IMG/VR virus record: IMGVR_UViG_3300042923_000601
Location: 1-64,000 of that record
Length of the DNA: 64,000 nt
Reading direction: 5' to 3' (one strand)
This document shows positions 56,983 to 64,000 of the stretch, in pieces; position 1 is the stretch's first letter, and each line of letters starts with the position of its first letter. Under the pieces are notes generated by a model, which searched no databases, had not been told where the DNA came from, and saw nothing but the letters and a program-made list of their open reading frames with translations. The position numbers were made by a program, and so were the translations under genes.

Positions 56983-58737
56983 TTAGACAACGGTGTAGAA
57001 GAAGCTTGTGCCTTTGTTGATGTCTTTGAACTTCACTACGCCATCAACGCGAACACGGTTTCTTCCTGGGCCGATTTCATCTTCGCGCTGAGCAGTCAGC
57101 GTAAAGGAATCCAGTTTACCATCCAGCTGGAAGCCGATGTTCTGGATCAGGAATGCTTGGTATTTCTCGATGTCAGTATCCGTAGCGAAGTTCCAGCGTT
57201 GCTGTTTCGCAGTACGAAGACCGATACGAATGATCAGGTGCAGCAGGTACATGTTGTTCTTTTCAACCAGAGCCGAATCCTGCTTTTTAGCAGTGGACTG
57301 GTGAGCAGCAACATAACCGCCGACTTCTTCCATCGCAAAGTTAATGCGATTGTCAATGAAGGACTGTACAATATCCGAATTCTCATCATAGAATGCTGGT
57401 TTGTAAGAACCTGCAATCATGTTGGAGTATGGATAGTTTGCGCCAGCCTGTGGCCAGTGGCCGCCTCTGGAGTTGATCAGGTTCGGCAGAGCGAACGCGT
57501 CGAAGAAGGATAATGGCATTGTCAGACGTTTATTGGTGAACGGATCAGTGTACTGACCATATCCTGCCTGCAGATGCACTGCGGAAGAATCATAAGCCAG
57601 ATCACCGGATACACGCATCGCCAAGATAGTCGCGGCAGAGCCTTGGAGACCAAAGTCAATAACCGGTTTTGTGGTTTGACGTCTGCCAGCAAATGTGACC
57701 AGGGCGTCTTTAACCGCTTGTGTAGCACCGAAGTCAAACACGTAGTCCACAGTATAACGGTATTCATTCACCAGAAGGAGAGCAGGCTCCTCATTGTAAA
57801 TTTCCGCCATGCGGGCCATCATGTTAGTTACACGGTTAGGTTCAGTTCTTGCAAAGTCACCGTCGCCGCCACCAGCCAGTGCAAGGCCACCCACAGCTGT
57901 GAAGTCTACAGAGGTGTCTTGAATCTGGTAGTTAGGATAAGCGACATTTGCCTTTGTATTACCAAAGAAAATATCAGGATACTCTTCACCGGCAGGTACG
58001 TATGCAGCGATTGCAGCCAGGAAGGTGTCGTAGGTATCCAGCATACGGAAGAACACATCTGGAACGCGAGTTTCAACGTATTCGTCAGCGTAGATGCTGG
58101 TGCTGTCCAAAACAGCATCGATGTGTGTCGAGAAGGACACGGATTGAGGGCTGCTGCTGACCGATCTGCGAGACTCAAGGGTATATGCCCGCTGTGGGAT
58201 AACCTTTTCTGTCACGCGGTCAGGAACCAACCGCCAAGTGTACTTATTACCCTCAACACCAGTCCAGTTCAAACCGTGAACGGCGATAGGGTATGTCCGG
58301 TAACCATCAACGTCAGCTACAGTAGTAGCCAGTGCTTCGGCAGCTGTAATCAAGCTCTCCAGATTCACCGCGTCGTTGATTGTCTTGATTTCAAACTTCA
58401 CCTCAAATACGTCATCCTTCACACGGCCTTTTGCCAGAATAACATTGTGGGCATAGGTAGATGTTTTGGATGTAACACGATGGGTGATCACGTCACCGCC
58501 GCCACGAAGGAACTCGTAAGCGTAGTAGATTGGTGCCAGTGTGTTATTGAGGGAAGGTGTACCGTACCGATTCACCAGGGTAGACTGTGTATACCCTTGG
58601 TAAGTTGTCAGTTCAGTATCCTTACCGTAACCACGCGGCGAGAAGATAGGGATGAATGCTGTTGGCCGATCAACGTTTAGCGCCGCCGGAACCGGGGCGG
58701 TAATGGTCTGATCGACAATCGTAACCTTATCAAACAT
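56983..58737 (-). CDS. Contractile tail sheath protein
   Basis: Start revised to ATG 58737 (GAGGAGG); LAGGGDG, YVFDFG, RINF, C-terminal RVRVDGVVKF sheath pattern. Confidence 0.85.
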   Translation of the reverse strand: MFDKVTIVDQTITAPVPAALNVDRPTAFIPIFSPRGYGKDTELTTYQGYTQSTLVNRYGTPSLNNTLAPIYYAYEFLRGGGDVITHRVTSKTSTYAHNVILAKGRVKDDVFEVKFEIKTINDAVNLESLITAAEALATTVADVDGYRTYPIAVHGLNWTGVEGNKYTWRLVPDRVTEKVIPQRAYTLESRRSVSSSPQSVSFSTHIDAVLDSTSIYADEYVETRVPDVFFRMLDTYDTFLAAIAAYVPAGEEYPDIFFGNTKANVAYPNYQIQDTSVDFTAVGGLALAGGGDGDFARTEPNRVTNMMARMAEIYNEEPALLLVNEYRYTVDYVFDFGATQAVKDALVTFAGRRQTTKPVIDFGLQGSAATILAMRVSGDLAYDSSAVHLQAGYGQYTDPFTNKRLTMPLSFFDAFALPNLINSRGGHWPQAGANYPYSNMIAGSYKPAFYDENSDIVQSFIDNRINFAMEEVGGYVAAHQSTAKKQDSALVEKNNMYLLHLIIRIGLRTAKQQRWNFATDTDIEKYQAFLIQNIGFQLDGKLDSFTLTAQREDEIGPGRNRVRVDGVVKFKDINKGTSFFYTVV

Positions 58738-58775
58738 GGTCAAATGCCTCCTCTTCACTCTTAAGTAATGTAGAT

Positions 58776-58787
58776 TATTCTACTGTT
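58776..58787 (-). promoter_or_regulatory. Putative AACA-N6-TR promoter for sheath/tube
   Basis: AACA-GTAGAA-TA 39 nt before the 58737 start. Confidence 0.55.
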
Positions 58788-59562
58788 CAGATTCATCCAT
58801 CTGTTCCGGGCGTATCCGAATGCCTTTAATGACTTTTTCGATGTTTGTCAATGGGGCGGGGTTCTTACGGTCATCCCGGTTATCCGCCACCGTGAGCATG
58901 GACTTTACATCTTCGAAGCCAACCCCAGCCAGTGTGGAGGTAAACGCTGAACTCTCACGCATATTAATCCCTCTAATGATTTTAGAGTTGTCGGCATCCG
59001 GTTTGGCAACAAACCGAGCCAAGACAGACAGGTCACTGATCGACCGATATACAGCTGAGCTTACGATCTGCTGTACGGATTGATGGACGTTCAGTTTACT
59101 ATCATGAATCTTTTGCACTTTATTGACGACATCATTAACCTCGCTGCCGTAGTTGAGGCGAATCTTTCCTTCTGTCCACTGGGTAACAAACCGTTCGACG
59201 GAAGTTGGATTCTTTACAATCTCTGAATTGTAAATCAGTTCTGCGCCTCTGTAGTATACAAAGACTGTGAACCGTTCATTTGTACCATAAAGATTCATCT
59301 CCGCCCGCTTGACTTCATCTGGACGTGTAAGCAGCATGGTCGGAATCGCAAATTCAGAAAGTGGAACCTTAGCAATATCAGTCGCACCCTCAGGTACGAT
59401 TCGGTACTTTGCAATAAAGAGAAGATCGAAGATTTCACCGTCTTGTACAGCCAGCTTCGCATCGAAGTACTGGTCAGGCACATAGATTTCGCAACGGGGA
59501 GCATCTAAAATAATCTTAGACCCTTTGGCAACAAAGTAGCGTTCGTTCTGTTCATACGTCAT
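58780..59562 (-). CDS. Putative virion RNA polymerase beta-prime-C small subunit
   Basis: STLAGVGFEDVKSML matches SVIAGLMFEKVKQQL of the 44015 subunit and the bacterial beta-prime SAASFQETTRVL...KENVI region. Confidence 0.55.
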   Translation of the reverse strand: MTYEQNERYFVAKGSKIILDAPRCEIYVPDQYFDAKLAVQDGEIFDLLFIAKYRIVPEGATDIAKVPLSEFAIPTMLLTRPDEVKRAEMNLYGTNERFTVFVYYRGAELIYNSEIVKNPTSVERFVTQWTEGKIRLNYGSEVNDVVNKVQKIHDSKLNVHQSVQQIVSSAVYRSISDLSVLARFVAKPDADNSKIIRGINMRESSAFTSTLAGVGFEDVKSMLTVADNRDDRKNPAPLTNIEKVIKGIRIRPEQMDESEQ

Positions 59563-59581
59563 ATTTACCCTCCTTTCGCAT

Positions 59582-59593
59582 TACTTGTCTGTT
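59582..59593 (-). promoter_or_regulatory. Putative AACA-N6-TR promoter
   Basis: AACA-GACAAG-TA 20 nt before the 59562 start. Confidence 0.5.
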
Positions 59594-59638
59594 CGACACA
59601 CGAAAAAAGACACTTCCCGAAGGAAGTGTCTTGGTTTA

Positions 59639-61177
59639 TTATGGCGTGAGAACTCTGTAGAACTCAGCAAAGGCAGCGTGAGTGAATTCACGGTAACGGA
59701 CATTCATGGACTGTGTAAGGATGCTCATGGTGAATGATACCACGTATTTATTGTAGGTATCAGTCAGCTCAGTCGGCTTGTAAGCCCGAGCCATTACATA
59801 GCAGAATACCGTAGCGAAGCTCTCTGCCTGTCTGAGGTGGCTTTTGGTGATACTATGCTTCTCAGCGAAGAGTTTGAGGTTGTGAAGGCGTTCGTCAAAC
59901 GGCTCGCCTTCTTCATTATACTCAACCTTGGTTTGACCGGTAACAATGTTAGCCATGTCACCATAATCCAGATACGAGATTTCATCCAATACCGGGAACA
60001 TGCGATATGTTTCCAGCATGGCGATGAACATCATCCATACACTGGTCAGGTATTGAGGCGTAGCTTGCTTATCGGAAATATTCTTTGGAACCGGGAATTG
60101 CACTACGAAGGATGGATCATTGTTAAGCTTACCCACAAAGTCGTGGATTGCCCGCGCGACCATCTTCTTGTCTTTAAAGTCCTTTTGAATCTTGGACTTC
60201 AAGTTGAAGCCTTTTTCAATGATGCGGTGGAACGAGAACGCTTCGTCCAGCGCCTTAATCCGGCTTTCACAGGTTTCGATTTCAGTCTGAACGAACCGGT
60301 TTGTGAAGTGCAGCGGGTCGGATTTCAGACGTTCAACGTACCGTTTAAGATATTCTTTGTAGTGATGCAGTGGAGTAGGGTATGTATCCTCACCCTCCAT
60401 GCTGGCCTTGATTTCAAGCTCCATATCATTGATGCCTGCTTCTTGGAAGAACTTCATGGAGGCATTGACTTCATCAATTGCATTGATGATAGAGTTGCTT
60501 TCCGTAATCGAAGCCTTCAGATCAAGCAGGAATGCTTTAGCAGCCTTGATTGGTTTAGGGTTGAACTGCGTGATGCCTTTGTACAGCACATCACCAAGGA
60601 TCGTCTTCACCTGTTCGTCGCCGAGGTTTGTGATCTCGTTACGAGTCAGGCTACCCACTGTATCTTCCAATTTAGTTACAAGCTTATCAACTTCAGCATC
60701 CGGCGTATCGCTTGGGATCAGAAGCAGGATATTCTGGCGTGCGATTGCAGAGAACTGCTTGCGCACTTCCTCAGGGGTAGGAGGCTGGATGTCAGCCAGC
60801 GATTCAGGGGCGGTTTCATCGTCTTCACGAACCGGTACAATCGATTTCTCGCCGGTTAGAGCATCCACCTTAACCTGTGCACGAACCAGCTTTTCGCCTT
60901 CACCAAGCTGAGCAAGCATTTCTTCCCGGGTCATATTAAGCTCATCGTCCTCGACATCAAACGCCTTGATGTTAAGACCAAGGTCTTCCGGGTCAGCCAT
61001 TACATTGAATGGACTGGCCTCAGCTTCCAATGCAGCAGCTACGATTGGATTGGTTTTACCGGATTGTCTAGGGTAGTCAAGACCTGCGTCGTCTTGCGTG
61101 CCGCGAGCAGCAAACTGCGCGCCTTGATTCAAGATAGCTTTGAATTCATCAACTACGTTTTCTCTGGATTTAGACAT
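59639..61177 (-). CDS. Hypothetical protein, probably virion-associated
   Basis: 512 aa between terminase and sheath. Confidence 0.7.
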   Translation of the reverse strand: MSKSRENVVDEFKAILNQGAQFAARGTQDDAGLDYPRQSGKTNPIVAAALEAEASPFNVMADPEDLGLNIKAFDVEDDELNMTREEMLAQLGEGEKLVRAQVKVDALTGEKSIVPVREDDETAPESLADIQPPTPEEVRKQFSAIARQNILLLIPSDTPDAEVDKLVTKLEDTVGSLTRNEITNLGDEQVKTILGDVLYKGITQFNPKPIKAAKAFLLDLKASITESNSIINAIDEVNASMKFFQEAGINDMELEIKASMEGEDTYPTPLHHYKEYLKRYVERLKSDPLHFTNRFVQTEIETCESRIKALDEAFSFHRIIEKGFNLKSKIQKDFKDKKMVARAIHDFVGKLNNDPSFVVQFPVPKNISDKQATPQYLTSVWMMFIAMLETYRMFPVLDEISYLDYGDMANIVTGQTKVEYNEEGEPFDERLHNLKLFAEKHSITKSHLRQAESFATVFCYVMARAYKPTELTDTYNKYVVSFTMSILTQSMNVRYREFTHAAFAEFYRVLTP

Positions 61178-61178
61178 T

Positions 61179-61946
61179 CTAATTCTCTCCCATCGGTATA
61201 TTAAATGATCTGGTCAGGCGAGTTCCAAGTTCCACGACAATGTTATGATCGTAGATATTGTCCTTCATTTCTTGCATCAGACCAGCAAAAACACTGTCTT
61301 CGCTGCTTACATGGAGGATACTTTGACTATCCGGGCCATCAAGCGCGCTGTGAAGCTCATTGATACTGCGGATGTCACCGCCCATAACCGCGTACTGGAT
61401 AAACGTGTCGAAGCTGATGTTCATCGAGATGACGACATCGAGGACAGTACCCAGATTGGTAATGGTTAAGATCGCAGGCTCCAAATCCTCAGGGGTATCT
61501 GGACGCAGCTGAGACCGGTTAATCAATTCCGGGTCGATACTGTGGAGTATATTCTCATAGTTCTCCCGGATATAGTAGAACAAAAATGTCGTGATGGCAT
61601 CTTTCAAATCCAACACAAAGAATCGATACAGCTGACGAACCAGCGGTGCCAGATCGTCGCTATCGTAGCCGATTTCAACGTGATACTTGGATTCGATCCA
61701 TTGGATGATGTCGTTATGCAGGTGCTCACGGAAGTCTTCAATGTTGCCGTAATCGGCCTGATCATAATTCTCCGTGATGTATTTGTACTTGATGTTAAAC
61801 TCTTTCAGATAGTCAGTCGTGCTACAGTCGAGACCGCTCATGATTTGCTCCCGAATAGACTCCGTAAAGAACTGGTTGTCAATGATAGTCGCAATCTGAT
61901 GCAGCTTAGCCTCGTTACTGATACCCTCGTGATCGATGATAGCCAT
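61179..61946 (-). CDS. Hypothetical protein, probably virion-associated
   Basis: 255 aa with GAAGGGG RBS; GACA-N6-TA at 61980-61991. Confidence 0.7.
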   Translation of the reverse strand: MAIIDHEGISNEAKLHQIATIIDNQFFTESIREQIMSGLDCSTTDYLKEFNIKYKYITENYDQADYGNIEDFREHLHNDIIQWIESKYHVEIGYDSDDLAPLVRQLYRFFVLDLKDAITTFLFYYIRENYENILHSIDPELINRSQLRPDTPEDLEPAILTITNLGTVLDVVISMNISFDTFIQYAVMGGDIRSINELHSALDGPDSQSILHVSSEDSVFAGLMQEMKDNIYDHNIVVELGTRLTRSFNIPMGEN

Positions 61947-62023
61947 AAGTGCTTCCCCTTCCTATAAATGGGTCTTGTCTAATAATGTGTCTGCTGTATG
62001 GTAAAAAAGAAAGTAGCTGGTTT

Positions 62024-64000
62024 TCACCAGCTACTCCCACTGTACCGATCTCCTAAACCGAAAATCTGGTTAGTCGTACGGTCAAGCCTAACCGCTGAGC
62101 GTGCATTAAGCATTGCGATCGCATTTGGTTTCATGACCTTATTCATACCATGACCATCGGTTGTGAAGATGCTTGAGTTGTGATCGTTAGCCTCCAATTC
62201 CCACAGTTCCTTCTCGCTATTACGCTCTAAATCTTCTACGAAGAGAAGATCGTCGAACAGACCAGACAGGAATGGGTTATTCTTAGCTATCTTAGCGAAT
62301 TTGGTTTTACGAAGGACTTTATCGAGGACATCCTCTTGGTTGTAGTCCCGTTCTTCCAGTTCATCGCCATTGAAATTATACCGATTAAACAGACCAAACC
62401 GGCTAAGGTTACGCCCATAAAACATGACGTAGATACATGCCAAGTAAGCGAAGATGACGTCATCGTGCTTACCAGCTTGGTGATCGATGCGTTCTTCATT
62501 CTTGTACTCCAAATAACGGAGTTGATCAACGAAGTCACGGCAAGCGATCTTTTGTTTATACTTATTGTCAGACACAAACTTCAGCAGCAGGTCCATCATC
62601 TTCGGACGAGTGGCTGAGGTGACCTCATGACCATATACCAGCTTATCTTTATTCTTTGGCTTAATGACACCCTTCTTACGGCTCTCTTCAGCCAAGCGAT
62701 AAGCGAAGTCATAGTACATAAAGTTCTTCAGTGGTGTGCGGAGTAAGTCTTCAATAACAGCCGAACCGACATAGTTACTTTCAATAACCAGTACAGAGTT
62801 CGGGAAGTGTTCCATCATAAGCGTATATAAGAACCGCTTAAGTTCTGGAGATCGCATCGTGTTATTCTGGAACAAGGCAACCAGTTCAAGGGTTTCAGAG
62901 TCTACGATCGCAACAGCAGTCGCATCCTTACCTACACCCTTCGACACGTCGACACCGACCAGGTAACGTTTAAATGGATCGATCTCTCTATATACATCTA
63001 CATAGTAGTGACCGTTGATCCGAATCGTGCGGATAGGCTCAGTTGCCATTTCAACCAGCGCTTCGATATCCTCTGCACTAAATGGAGAGTTATTCGACGC
63101 TTTATTCCACTGGAGAAGCAACTCACGACGGATTTTAACCCAGTTATTATTGAGGTTCTCACACTGCTCCGTATACCATTCCATGGTCTTACCCAGTTGT
63201 AAGAATGAGAACTTAATGTAGACCATTTTGTTGGAAGAGTTCTTCCGGAGCCAGGTCTCAACATATTCTGCGTCTTCATCATACAGGTTCTCTGTAAACG
63301 GAGCCGCATTTTTGATAAGCGTAAAGGCATAGTCACCGTGAGTTGTACCAAGGTCACCCGGTGTAGAGGTGATACATACACCGTATGGTTTGCCGTTCTT
63401 CGCCGCGTTCTCAGATGCACGAGAGAACGCTGGCATTGCGGCAGCGTGGATAACTTCATTGAACAGCATGTGGCCCAACTCGTCAAACCACAGGGATGCA
63501 ACGGTGAGACCGCGACCCGCCCGCTCTGCGTTTTGGGTGTTACGGGCAGAGGCTTTAGTCAGAATCTTATTTCCAAGACGTTTATTCTTGATTTCGTTTA
63601 CGTTGTCCGTCTGACTCTTCAGCTCACCTGTCTTTTCATCGAAATCTTTATTGAACTGGAGGTAGAGAGGAAGCAAAGCACGGCTTTCTTTTAGACGGGC
63701 CAAGTTACTTACCGACGCTGCCTTATCCATATTCATAAAGATCGTTGTGGACGAGGTGGCATTGAAGTTAAACTGCCAGAGGTAACGCTGCACGGCACCT
63801 GTCGTCTTACCGAACTGACGAGGCAGCTCTAGGTAGTGAGAGAGGTTATGTTCAAAGCACCAAGCTTGTGCCAAGTTACCCCGGTGTAGCATAAAGGGGG
63901 TACCGCCACCGATATCCGTGGAAGCACCCTCTTCGGGGATTCTGGCAATTTCACGTAGGAAGTACCAATAATTTCGAGACACTTCGACAACGACCTTACT
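62024..64000 (-). CDS. terL: Terminase large subunit, 5' end outside window
   Basis: Frame open to base 64000; Walker A PRQFGKTT, Walker B WFDE, nuclease GVDVSKGVGKDATA and HDDVIFA. Confidence 0.93.
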   Translation of the reverse strand, partial: SKVVVEVSRNYWYFLREIARIPEEGASTDIGGGTPFMLHRGNLAQAWCFEHNLSHYLELPRQFGKTTGAVQRYLWQFNFNATSSTTIFMNMDKAASVSNLARLKESRALLPLYLQFNKDFDEKTGELKSQTDNVNEIKNKRLGNKILTKASARNTQNAERAGRGLTVASLWFDELGHMLFNEVIHAAAMPAFSRASENAAKNGKPYGVCITSTPGDLGTTHGDYAFTLIKNAAPFTENLYDEDAEYVETWLRKNSSNKMVYIKFSFLQLGKTMEWYTEQCENLNNNWVKIRRELLLQWNKASNNSPFSAEDIEALVEMATEPIRTIRINGHYYVDVYREIDPFKRYLVGVDVSKGVGKDATAVAIVDSETLELVALFQNNTMRSPELKRFLYTLMMEHFPNSVLVIESNYVGSAVIEDLLRTPLKNFMYYDFAYRLAEESRKKGVIKPKNKDKLVYGHEVTSATRPKMMDLLLKFVSDNKYKQKIACRDFVDQLRYLEYKNEERIDHQAGKHDDVIFAYLACIYVMFYGRNLSRFGLFNRYNFNGDELEERDYNQEDVLDKVLRKTKFAKIAKNNPFLSGLFDDLLFVEDLERNSEKELWELEANDHNSSIFTTDGHGMNKVMKPNAIAMLNARSAVRLDRTTNQIFGLGDRYSGSSW

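Noticed and set aside
57574-58680. 368-aa plus-strand ORF
   Set aside because: Antisense shadow of the sheath gene; no RBS or motif.
59837-60859. 340-aa plus-strand ORF
   Set aside because: Antisense shadow of 59639-61177; many similar shadows (for example 2171, 26430, 35232, 42148, 56259) were dropped for the same reason.
1-64000. tRNA, rRNA, chimallin or PhuZ tubulin genes
   Set aside because: No cloverleaf or rRNA-like tract in the short intergenic gaps and no tubulin GGGTGSG motif; a divergent chimallin cannot be excluded without a profile search.

Overview
The window is a 64-kb segment of a jumbo myophage genome of the phiKZ/AR9(PBS1)-like group. Strong GGAGG ribosome-binding sites and a DUF4046-type gene point to a Bacillota host (inference). 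It is densely coded, mostly on the minus strand. Recognisable core genes: GroEL-like chaperonin, single-ORF family-B DNA polymerase, SbcC/Rad50-like ATPase, SF2 helicase, dUTPase, ThyX, Nudix hydrolase, portal, tail tube, tail sheath and terminase large subunit (runs off the right edge). A multisubunit RNA polymerase beta-prime gene is split by a group IA intron that carries a NUMOD4-HNH endonuclease, and a second small beta-prime-C-like gene sits beside the sheath gene. Between about 15.8 and 35 kb lies an accessory region of small unknown genes and paralog sets, punctuated by repeated promoter/stem-loop/RBS cassettes and intrinsic terminators. Best leads: (i) two promoter classes readable from the DNA, an AYATATNAY motif often preceded by CCGTAW 18 nt upstream, and AR9-like AACA-N6-TR motifs in a phage whose dUTPase and ThyX imply thymine DNA; (ii) an intron whose in-frame 3' splice site seems to need a terminal A instead of G; (iii) a degenerate, nuclease-less terminase paralog; (iv) repeated regulatory cassettes that could shuffle gene modules; (v) an apparently fused DNA polymerase; (vi) an Apyc1-like MBL hydrolase. 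No tRNA, rRNA or CRISPR array was seen. All family calls come from motif recognition by eye; no database search was run.
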